Shown piece after piece: positions 53,051-64,000 of a stretch of DNA of 64,000 nucleotides (positions are counted from its first letter, which is position 1; the number at the start of each line of letters is the position of its first letter). The notes beneath the pieces were generated by a model. It was not told where the DNA came from. It saw nothing but the letters and a program-made list of their open reading frames with translations, and ran no database searches. Both the position numbers and the translations under genes were made by a program. Source of the stretch: the human T2T-CHM13v2.0 reference genome, Homo sapiens. The stretch lies in NCBI RefSeq assembly GCF_009914755.1, contig NC_060925.1; one strand, 5' to 3'.

Positions 53051-54319
53051 AATGCAGAGACACGCAGGTCCTGCTCGAGGTCGAGCCTGTCCTCAGAGCC
53101 CAGCCCTGTATTTACTTCATGATATTTCAGACCTTCAGCAGAAAGAGGAGGTTGGTGCTGTGGCCTTTTCCTTGCCTGATGGAAAGGGAGACCACTTGTT
53201 TCCAGTTTTTCATCTTTTTTTTTTTCCTGTTTGTGGTGCGTTTCCACCCTTCATTGTTAGCAGACCAAAGTTAACATTAACTGGACAGCTCAGGAAAATT
53301 GTGCCCAGCCCAGAGCCCCTCTTGTCACAGGGCCTGGGCCTGTCTTGGTTCCACTTGGCTGGCATGGCCCCTGCACGTGGACACAGGAACCAGGTGCACC
53401 CGATTGAGGACCTAAGGCAGGAGGAGCAGCACAATTAAAGCCGGCGGAGTCCTTCACCAGAAGCTGCCACCCCTGACTATAGTCCCAGCTCTGAGACACC
53501 CCCAGCACATCTACTTAGTCAACTTTACGAAGTTCATTTTCCTTCTCTAGACGATGGGATCGATCAACCTAATGGACATGTTTTTATTCCCTGGTGCAGC
53601 AAGAGATATAATTTCTCTGCTACCACCAAGTCCATTTCCAACTCACTTAGGCCCCCAGCTGCCAATCTGCGGTGGAATGAGTGATGACCAATGGCTGGGG
53701 TTTGCTCATCACTCCTGACCCTCTGGGGTAGCTGCTGTCTCTCTTCTCTTCTGGATGGAATGAGCTGATCTCTTCTGAAGCCACCCAAGCCTGCCTCTCT
53801 CCTTGGATTCTCACTGGAGCCTATTAGGAAAACCAATCTGCCATCAGATGCTGGGCGTCTAATTAAGTCCCTTGGCATTCAGAGAGTGAGACTGTAGAGC
53901 CTGTTACTCTTCCATCAGTTCTCACTTGGCTGTGCTTGAGGGTGAGCCTCTAGTTCCAGTATGTGTAAAAAGCCCAGATAGCAAAGGGAGGAGACTGGGG
54001 CGAGCAGGCCAGGCCCTGGACCGCAAAATACAAGGAAGAAAGAGAATAGTCAAGCAACAAGTCTAATCTGGGCTCTGGTGGCCCAGACAGTCCAACCTTG
54101 GGTCATCCTCGAGGCCTCTTTTCCCCACCTACCCCAACGCCAGCACATCTCAAAGATTCCTGGAATCTGCTCATCTCTCCCAGTTCTATTGTCCTGTGTT
54201 ACCATTTCTCCTGGACAGCCCAGCTGTTGTCCAGCTGCCCCCGCTGCCCCATTGTCTATTCTCTGCACAGCGGCCAGGATAGTCAGATCCTTCCTCTCCT
54301 TAGTGGAATCCCATTCAGT

Positions 54320-54992
54320 TAGAGGCGGCTTTACATGTGGCTTTAGCTTTAGGGCCCGCCATTCCCCTGACCCTTTTAAGACCCTGGGAAGGGCCCTAGC
54401 AATGTGCTTAGTGAGAATTATCAATTCAAGAATTACTTGGGGTTCACGGTTGCTCAAGAAGTTTTAAAAAGCCCTGAAATCTCATGGCTGCTATATGAAA
54501 AAACCTGGATAGTGATTTTCCCAGATTTGGCAATAGTACTAATGATATATGGGACGTCATCAATAATCAATTGCAACGATGAAAATAAAATGTTCCTAAA
54601 CCATCAGTAACAAAAAATCAATTTCTATCAAACTCAGCCAGAGGAAACACTAAATAATCTTTCTTCTCTCTATGAAAAACGGTATTATGAAGTCTTTGCC
54701 ACAGAAGATGTAATCCAGGAGAATGTGGCCCAAAAATGTAAGGAAAAAAAGGACTCTGGAGATGTGTCAGGAGCTAATTAAAAAACACTGTTATTTTTGT
54801 TGATTCTGTAATGTTTTTGGTAATTTTTAGCTTTTTAAAATCTGTAATGTATTGTGAATTCTTTTCTCACTCTAAATAAATGTTCAATTACATAGCTCAT
54901 TTTGATTCCTAATTCTGGAATCTGGCTCTTCTTTTCTAAAAAGGATGCTCCAAATTGTATGTTTCAGGTCCCACAACATGTGAACCCGCTGT
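54320..54992 (+). mobile_element. hAT-Tip100 element (Zaphod/MER115-like) inserted in L2
   Basis: agaggcggcttta...gggaagggccctagcaatgtg start; ...aattgtatgtttcaggtcccacaacatgtgaacccgc end. Confidence 0.65.
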
Positions 54993-55971
54993 CCCTGAGG
55001 GCTTCCCACTTCACTTGGAATTAAATGTCGCATCCTCCTGTAGTCCTGCCCTGCTCACCTCCCACCCTACCTCGCTGCCCCCTCCTCTTTCTCACCGGGC
55101 TGCAGACTCCCAGGGTTTCTCCCTGGCCCTCTAACTAGTGAGCTCAGTCCTACCTTGGCAACTATGCATTTGTCCTATATCCTGCCTGGAACCTCCTCCT
55201 CCAATCTTCCCTTTCGGTCACCTGGGGTCCAGCCCAAGGCTACCTCCTCTGAGAATCCCTGCCGAATATCCCTACTTAAAGTGGAGCCTCCTGCCCACCC
55301 TGCCCCACCCTCGTCACTGCTCTATCCCTCTGTTTTGTCCACTTCACAGTGCACACTTCTATCTCCCTGAGACTAGCGTGTTTTCTCTTCAGTGCTTGTC
55401 ACCTCTCTCTGCCCCAGGAAGCTGTGGTCACATGAGCCCCAGGAGTGGGTCGGGGAGGGGGGGTGGGGTGGTCATGTCTGTCTTGTCTATCATGGACTTT
55501 TTCCACATAGAATGGTGCCTGGCTCACGGTAAACACCCTGTGGATAATTGCTGAGTAGACTGTTGTTTACAGTTTGAATCGGCAACTTCTTTTTGGAAGA
55601 TGTGTTGGCAATATGCTCCCAAAGCATGAAAATGTGCAAACCCTTTCACCCATGACTCCTACTTCTAGAAATTAATCCCAAGGCAATTATCAGGAAGATA
55701 CACAAAAAGTGGGGATAGCCACCTGATAAAAATCATGGGAGTCAATCAAGTTGGGGTTTTAGTCTTGACTTCACCAATTAAATAGCTGCTGTGTGACCCT
55801 GAGCACGTTGCTGACATCTCTGAGTCCTGGTTTCTCATCTATAAAAGGGGATGGTAATAGGAACACAGCTCAGTGCTGACTAGTACTGTATTCCATGATG
55901 CTCACTATGGTGTTGTTTATAGTGGGATAAAATCTGAAAGAGCCTAAATATCTAACCACAGAGGAGTCCAG

Positions 55972-56652
55972 ATCAGTGCCACCCAGTTGAAGTATAACAC
56001 AACACAAACCGCAAATATAAACACATATGTAATTTTTAATTTTTCTGTATGCACATTAAAAAGTAAAAAGGAACAGGTGGAATTTATTTTAATCATATAT
56101 TTTGTTTAACCCAATATATCCAAAATAGTATTTCAACTTATAATCAATATAAAAATTATTAGTGAGATATTGTACCTTCTTTTTTGTGCCAAGTCTTCAA
56201 AATCTGATTTGTATTTTATGCTTACATTTATTTCAGACTATAGAAATGACCCCGAAAGTATAGTCTTTTGTTGAGTCTCACTCCATTGCCCAGGCTAGAG
56301 GGCAGTGTGATCTCCGCTCACTGCAACCGCCGCCTCCTGGGTTCAAGTGATTCTCCTGCCTCAGCCTCCCGAGTAGCAGGGATTGCAGGCATGTGCCACC
56401 ATGCCTGGCTAATTTTTGTATTTTTAATAGAGATGAGGTTTTGCTATGTGGGCCACGCTAGTTTTGAACTCCTGACCTCAGGTGATCCACCTGCCTCAGC
56501 ATCCCAAAGTGTTGGGATAATAGGCGTAAGCCACAGCGCCCGGCCTGAATGTACAGTTTTTATGCTTATGTTTATTTCAATTCAGACCAGCCACATTTCC
56601 AGTGCTAAACAGCCACATGTGACTAGCAGCTACCACATTGGAGTGTGCAGGT
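55972..56652. mobile_element. MER33/MER3-type hAT-Charlie element interrupted by Alu (56266-56546, minus)
   Basis: ttaacccaatatatccaaaata...; agccacatttccagtgctaaacagccacatgtgactag. Confidence 0.8.
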
Positions 56653-57064
56653 CTAGGTAATTTATAGTGCAACTTTAAAATACAGTACAGCCATGAAAAA
56701 GCCTGGTTTCAAAAGAATATCTAATCATGCAAGAAAAAGCTCAAAAAATGAGATTCAGTGAAAAATGTAGTGTACAAAACCAGATAAAGTATGCTCCCAC
56801 TTTTGTTAACGTAAATATATGCTTATGTTTATTTGAGTATGTAAATTGATGTGCATATTGCAAGGACATGCAGCAAAATCCTAACAGGGGTCGTCTGAGG
56901 AAATGGAATTATGGCAATACTCATGTTCTCCTTTACACTTTTTCACTATACTTCTGTATTGCTTTAGAATCAGGAGGAATATTGTCATTTTTAAAGTGTC
57001 CAAAGTGAGTTTAGCCATCTTGCACCATGACCTGACTGCAGTGGCCATTTGTGGATATGAGACG

Positions 57065-57490
57065 CTGTATTAGAGAACTGGTCCTAATTTTTCACCTTTC
57101 TCTGGACCCAAGCACTCTGCCACATGACTGCAGCTACTCCTACAGAAGGCAGAGTAAACCTCCTAGCCTCTTGACTTTGGGTTCAGCCCATGACTTCTTT
57201 CAGACAATGGTATGTGGGCAAAGGTGATCATTGTCAGTTCAGAATCTAGGCTTTAAGGTGCACTGCATGTTCCTGTGTGCCATCCTGTGCCCCTGCCATT
57301 TTCATGAGAAGAAGATGCCCTGTCTATCTCTCTGGTTCTAGGAGGGTAAGGAGTACATGGGGGCAGATTTGCATCTGATCTGAGTCTCAGAGCCACCAAC
57401 CTGTGGATGTGTGAGAAATACATACTGATTGTAGCATGTTGCACCAGTGTTCGTGGTTGTTTGTTATAAAGCAATAGCTGACTAATACAG
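57065..57490 (+). mobile_element. MLT1 LTR (MLT1I/J-like)
   Basis: cttgactttgggttcagcccatgact...ggttgtttgttataaagcaatagctgactaataca. Confidence 0.7.
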
Positions 57491-57583
57491 TGTTTTTGAA
57501 CTCTTTTGCATATACTCAATCTAATCAAGAAGGTAAAAGTTCATTGGAATTATAAGTTAGAAAGCTGAAATCAAGATGATATT

Positions 57584-57985
57584 TGATGTGCTTAAATGTG
57601 TCCCAAAAAGTTCACATGTTGCAACTTAACTCCCAATGCAATAGTGTTGGGAGGTGAATCCTAATAAGAGGTGATAGAATCATAAGGGCAGAGATCTCAT
57701 AAGTGGATTAATGTTGTTATCATGGAAATGGGTTTGTTATTTTGAGGGTAGGTTGTTGCAAAAGTGAGCCTGGCCCGTCATGCTCTTTCTCTCTCTCTTG
57801 CATGTATTCTTTTGTTCTTCTGCTTTCTGTTATGGGATGACACAGCATGAAGGCCCTCACCAGATGGTGGCACTATGCTCTTGGACTTTCCAGCCTCCAG
57901 CACCATAAGTAAAATACATTTCTGTTTATTATAAATTACCCAGTCTTAGGTATTATATCATAGGAATGGAAAATGGACTAAGACA
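57584..57985 (+). mobile_element. MST-type MaLR LTR
   Basis: cttggactttccagcctccag...ataaattacccagtcttaggtatt...aaatggactaagaca. Confidence 0.85.
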
Positions 57986-58199
57986 CAAGAACACTTTGAA
58001 AAATTCAAAAAATACAATTACCAATGATCTCCAAGGCAAAAGAAGCCCAGGCCTTACCTATGTAGCCTTGGCTCTGTTTCAGACACTCTTGATTACTAAA
58101 CCTAAAGTCAAAGAAGGACAGAATTTCCTTGTTCTGAGGTATTACCCAGTCCTGAGGATGCCAATGAAAGCTCCCAAACCTCTTGATTTGAGAATATAT

Positions 58200-58720
58200 T
58201 TTTTCCTCCTTGAAAAATTATTCATGTTCATCATAGAAAATAAAAACAAACCAAAAAAGAAAGAAAGAAAAAGACAAAAGAAAAATCACTCACAATCCCA
58301 TTACCCACAGATAACTTCTATCAAACATTGGTGTGTGTGTGTGTGTGTGTGTGTGTTTGTATAATTACATTTTTCCTACAAAAAGGATAACATACTGTAT
58401 AGAACACACTGTTCTATAATCTTCTGTTTACATTTACTATGGCATAAAAATCTTGCTTTGCCACTTAACATCTTCCACAGGATAATTTTGAAATGTGGAA
58501 TTATTGCCTAGTTTTCATTTGAGTGGATGTAACATAAATAACTCTACCTAACTCTTGAGGTGTATAGATTATTTCCAGATTATTAGATTATTGTGTGTTG
58601 CTCTTTAGCTATTATCAGCAATATCCTATACATTAGAGCTCTGTGTGCATCCCTGATTGTTTCTAAGGATTAAATTCCTAGAGGTGGGATGTCTGGGTTG
58701 GGACACATATTTATAAAGCA
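58200..58720 (-). mobile_element. L1ME 3' fragment with (GT)n at 58331-58360
   Basis: aggattaaattcctagaggtgggat; ttatttccagatt. Confidence 0.55.
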
Positions 58721-59349
58721 TCCCCTATCAGAGTGTCACATCCTCACCTGTCTGATGAGAGGGACTCGACTTCTGCATGACTGCCTTCCCCTTTCCCCAG
58801 CTTCCTATTGTATTCAAACATCCCTGGGAAGGAGAGGTCCCTGGAACTAACATTGTTCAAAGTCCTTAGCTTGACTACATCAGAACTGCCCTTCAGAAAG
58901 TAGGGCCCTGAAAGAAGCCCTGAAAGCAGGGCTGGAAAAGGTGAGCAATGAGGGTGTCAAATCTCCCTTCACCCTCACACAATCCTATACAGTGGGTCCT
59001 CTCCCTGCAGCCTTGTGGGGCAGGAGAGGAAACTGTTCCCAACGGCTGCCTGAGGTCAACTCTGCATCTGGACCCATTTCACAGCCCAGAGCCCTGGAGC
59101 TGTGGCTCTCTGTCCCTTACCTGTCATTCCTCCAGGCAACAGAGACAATAGGTTGACCACCTGTGTGCCTCCTTCCCCCTACTCAGGTGAACCCATGTCT
59201 GAGGTTCCACTGGCCACCCGTGACTCTGCCTCACTCTGGAGCACAACATGTGGAGGGAAGAGCCTGGGACCCAGGTGCACACAGGAAACCTGGGCTCGAA
59301 ACTGAGCTCAGCTATTGACCCGCTGGATTTCCTCGGACATAATTTCACT

Positions 59350-59780
59350 TCTCCAGGTGTGACATAGACTGTTCAGCTGTTCACCAAGTATGTTTTTTTT
59401 TCCTTCCTGTGCACACAGCAAGACTATGTCCACCAGCCTCCTCTGTAGGTAGGTGGGACCGTGTGACTGTATTCCAGCCAATTGCATGCGAGCAGAAGTG
59501 ACAGGTCTTGCTTCCACCTTGGGCCCTTGAGAACCTCACAGGAGGAGCTCCTTCCCTTTCTGCCAGCCCCATACAGATGAGCCAGATGACCTTGACCTCA
59601 GAAACCAGGTGTTGAAGACGGCAGAGCTGCAAGTTGGAAGGGGCATGGGTCAAAGTTTCCCCCTGCAGAGAGCCACCTACCCATCAATAAGACCTACCCT
59701 CAACTTTACATGGGAGAGAAATCAGCTTTTATCATGGCAGACCCTTAAATATTAGGGCGAAGTTTTTAGAGCTGCTAATA
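59350..59780 (+). mobile_element. MLT1 LTR remnant
   Basis: ccagcctcctctgtaggtaggtgggaccgtgtgact...actttacatgggagagaaat. Confidence 0.6.
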
Positions 59781-61379
59781 TCATCTTTAGTATTCTGATG
59801 ATATTATAACTGAGGGCTTTATTTCCTCATCTATAAATGGGAGAAAGAAAGAAGGGAGTCAGCACCCATCGAGGATCTATTCTGTGCAAAACCCCATGCT
59901 CCACACATTATACACATTTGCCCTTTAACCCCCTGCAAAATGCTACGATCTTAGGACTATTATCCCAATTTTCTGAAGCACTGACTGAGCTGGAATTCAA
60001 ATGCAGGACTTCTGGACCCTGATCCCATGACAGACACAGCTTTGAGGTTCTGGAGGACCTAACACTGCGGGCTCCTGCTTCCTGCCTAGTGAGCAGAGTG
60101 GTAAAGAGCGTGCTGGCTGGAGTCCATCAGGCCAGGACCTAGGCACTCACCAGAGGAGGGCGTGGCTTATCTATGCCTCAGTATCCTCATCTGCCCAGTA
60201 GGGCTGCTGTGACAGCATCCACCACATGTGGTCATTTGAGGACGCTTTTCCTGATTAGGTTCAGGAAAAGCCTTTTTACTTCACCTCCACTGGAGATCTC
60301 CAAAGCTCTGCCTTGCTGGGGGAATTGGGAGCCCATCATCATTATTCCTTGTTACCTAGGAAGCCAAACTGCCTTTGATGTTTTATTGGCCTGACATTTT
60401 CCTTCAAAGGGTCTCTATTCACTGCTGTGAGAGTTGCTGGCTTCTACCAATTTGATGAGATGGGCATCTATCACCTCCCAAGGGGAAGTCTGACTCTAAA
60501 GGCTCTAAAATAAAAGGGGAAAAGGTTTGATTTCACTGGGGCTGGTCTTGGAGGGACTGGTCTTGGGGGCTGCTCCTGAAGTCTGTATGTAAATTCCCAG
60601 CAGAAGCAGTGGGAGGTCTGGGCTCTGCAGCCACATCTGGTGGGTGACGAAAGCTGGATGGGGAGGCTGTTCCTAGGAAGACTAATCCCGGTGCTTGGCT
60701 GTGTGTTTCTATGTGACACCACACAAGGAAGCCTAGGTTACTATGGCCCTGATCTCCCCCACCAGCTCTGGTCTCTGTGATCTGCCCCCAGCTTCCTCCC
60801 AGGATTTCATGAAACCTCAAATCTATTTGTGCAACCTCAATTCAAACAAGTCTATTAACTTTCACCCAGTGAAAGTCATTAGTTGTTGCTGGCTTTGCTG
60901 GCTCACAGCATTTTCAAGCCGGAAAAGATCTTGGATGTTTTAGGACCCTACCTCCTTCAAAGACTAAATGGCTCCTTCACTGCTTCAAGACTTCTAAAGG
61001 GCCCCCTGGCATTTAGATGGAGTCCGATCCCCTTAGCATGGCATTTGATTACTTGCTGATCCAAGGGCACACCCAGCCTTGCCTCTGTCCTGGCTCCGCC
61101 TCTGCCCTGCATGGCTCCTCACCTCTGGCTATGATAGAAATTGTCTCAGTATATTAGGCACCTCCTCAGGTCTGGGCGTTTGTACCTGTGTCTTCTCTGT
61201 CTGGAATACTCTTCCTCTCTCCCACCTGGTGAAATTTTCGGCACCCACCAGAGACTAGCTCAGGTGTCACCTCCTGCTTGAAGCTTTCCCTGATCCTACC
61301 AGGAGGAAGTAGCTGCTCTGCCTTCCATGCCGTAGACACCTCTGCCAGAATAGTGACTCCTGGTGCTTCGTTGGCTGCT

Positions 61380-61795
61380 TGTCTTCGTCAGCGTAGACAG
61401 CCAGAACAAAATCCCATAGCAGAACAAAATCCCACAGCCTGTGTGGTTTAAACCACAGAAACTTATTTTCTCACAGTTCTGGAAGCTGGAAGTCCAAGAT
61501 CAAGGTGCCAGCAGGATCAGTGTGTGGTGAGGGCTATCTGCTTGGGTTGCAGACACCTGCCTATTTGCTATGTCCTCACAAGGCCTTTCCCAGGTGTCTA
61601 CACGTGTAGACAGAGGGGGAGATCTCACTCTTTTCTCCTCCTATAAGGCCACCAATCCAATAGGGATTAGGGCCCTGCCCTTGTGACCTCATTTCACCCT
61701 AATTACCTCCTAAAAGCCCTAACTCCAAATACAGTCACACTGGGGGTTAGGACTTCAATACATGAATTTTGGGAGGACACAATTTAGCCCACAGA
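61380..61795 (-). mobile_element. MLT1A-like LTR within L2
   Basis: ttattttctcacagttctggaagctggaagtccaagatcaaggtgccagcagg...catgaattttgggaggacaca. Confidence 0.85.
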
Positions 61796-62440
61796 AATAG
61801 CGCGCCCTTTAAATTGGGGGCTGCTTTTTAGTTTTGTGTTCCTAGGAGAAGCTTCTATCCTAGGACAAGTAGAAGAGCCCAGCACAGGGAAGCATTGAGT
61901 AACCAAGTCATCAGACAACTGAGCTGAGTACAGAACAACAGACTGAAGACTTTTGAAGACAGAAACTTCTATGAAAAGGAAGCTTTTCAGTTTCTAGAAA
62001 CAGAAAACAAAACACAAACTCCCCAAAACAATAGAGGGAGTTTACTGACCAACGGAACTAAAAAGTTCCAGATGTGGGCTTCAGGAGTGGTTTGATCAGG
62101 GTGTCAGGTTCACTTCTTGATAGTTTTCTCTACTATACCCACCTTCATGTATTGATTTTGGTCTCAGGCTGGCTTTATTCATGGTGATAAAGTGGCTGCA
62201 TTAAGTTTCAGTTCAAGATCCTTATCCCAACCATTCAGAAAGACAGAGACATCTACGTCACAGAATTCTCAGCAAAAATCCTAGAGTTTGTACTGATTGA
62301 ACCAGTTACTGTGGCAAGAGGAATGTGATTCCCTGAGTATCTTAGACAAATCATGTCCCACCTAGTTTTTTGGATGGTCACTCTCAATGAATTCTCAAGG
62401 CTGTACATAATGGAGTACTGAAAAACATGAATTTTAGTAT

Positions 62441-62730
62441 TCTTCTCTCCCTCCCTTCCTTCCTTTCCTTCCCTTCCTTCCCTTCTTTCCTCCCTCTCCT
62501 CCCCTCCACTTCCCCTTCCCCTTCCTTCCTTCCTTCTCCTTTTCCCTTCCCCTTCCTTCTTCCTCCCCTTCCGCTTCCCCTTCCCCCTCCCCTTCCTCTC
62601 CCCTTCCCTCCCCTTCCCCTTCCTTTCTTCCTTCTCCCTTTCCCTTCTCCTTCCTTCTTTCTCCCCTTCCCCTTCCCCTTCCCCCTCCCCTCCCCTCCCC
62701 TTCCCTTCCTTCTTTCCTCTCTTCCTTTCA
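62441..62730. repeat. Polypyrimidine low-complexity tract (CCCTT/CCTT)
   Basis: Direct reading. Confidence 0.9.
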
Positions 62731-62751
62731 CAAATTATATACAGTTATTAT

Positions 62752-63045
<294 letters not shown>

Positions 63046-63209
63046 TGTATACAGTTATTATAAGTCAGACTCTGTACTAGGTGTTGAGTGCATATATGAG
63101 ATTAGGACAAGATTGCAATCTCAAGCTGTTGAGAATCCTACTTAAAAGGATTTTGAAAATTATCCAGAAGGCAATGAGGAACCATAATGGGATTGTAAGA
63201 AGGTGAATG

Positions 63210-63690
63210 ACTATGTTAATTATCTATTGCCGCGTAACACACAACCTCAGAATTTAACATCTTAAAACAACAAACATTATCTCACAGTCTCTGTGGTGCA
63301 GGGATCTGGGCAGAGCTTACCTGGGTGCCTGAAGCTCCAGGTCTCTCACGTGGCTGCAACAGAGGCAGTAGCCAGGACTGTGGTCATCTCAGGGCTGACT
63401 CTGGGAGCATCTACTTTGCAGTCTACACAGGTGGTCTCTCCACAGTGCTGTCTTGCAACATGGCACCTGGCTGATCCGATGATGAGCAATCCAAGAGCTT
63501 GAGAAAGAGCACGTGAACGGAAGCCACAGTCTTTTATAATCTAGTATTGGAAGGAAATCCCATCTTTTCTGGAATGTTCTATTTGACACAAGGGAGGCAA
63601 TATGTCCAGCCTGCACTCAAGGAGAGGAAATTATACAGAAGTATGCAAGCAGGAGGTGAGCATTGTTGGGACCATCAGAAAGTCTGCTTG
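63210..63690 (-). mobile_element. MLT1 LTR (MLT1F/G-like)
   Basis: cttaaaacaacaaacattatctcacagtctctgtgg...ggaagccacagtcttttataatctag. Confidence 0.7.
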
Positions 63691-63839
63691 AAAATAAAAT
63701 AAAGCAACGATTTACCTGCAGCTCAACATTGCAGAGTGATGCCAGCACCAATGTCATAGCCTGCAATGGCATAATAAGGGCAATGATTAGTAAGGGAGGG
63801 TTTAGGGGTTGAAAGGAGAAAATCTTGTTGGACTGGACG

Positions 63840-63960
63840 GACTCATTTATTCATTCAACAAACATTTGCTGAGTTCCCACTGTGGACCGGGACTGTGCTA
63901 GGTGCTGGGGATGCTGCCACAACTGAGACAGATCCCCCGTGTCTCCTCTTGTGAACATCA
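63840..63960 (-). mobile_element. L2 3' end
   Basis: catttattcattcaacaaacatttgctgag...tgtgctaggtgctgggga. Confidence 0.75.
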
Positions 63961-64000
63961 GTGTGTGGGAAGAAAGGTTGAATGAGTGGTCATGTACTCC

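Noticed and set aside
61402-61437. 18-bp direct duplication cagaacaaaatccca(t/c)ag
   Set aside because: Simple slippage inside an MLT1A LTR.

Overview
Simian-primate (human-like) intergenic/intronic DNA, more than half interspersed repeats (Alu incl. AluY, L1PA/L1M, L2, MIR, MaLR and ERV1 LTRs, Tigger/hAT/mariner DNA elements). No intact host protein-coding exon or RNA gene could be supported. Main structures: (1) a ~260-bp inverted duplication of apparently unique, TF-motif-rich DNA (1641-1899 vs 4721-4986; core 63/65 identical); (2) a two-LTR, pol-deleted MER66/ERV-V-related provirus (28745-35584, TSD CCAG) with a copy of the env 5' end inside gag, nested MADE1 and L1PA insertions, and an intact 38-39 codon hydrophobic ORF overlapping the pol stop upstream of env; (3) a processed NAA20 retrocopy (49383-50700, minus strand) with mostly frame-preserving indels; (4) a two-LTR MLT1H-type MaLR and an old L1 with a monomer-like 5' array; (5) several candidate enhancers. 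Repeat subfamily names are from recalled consensus sequences, and boundaries of old repeats are approximate.
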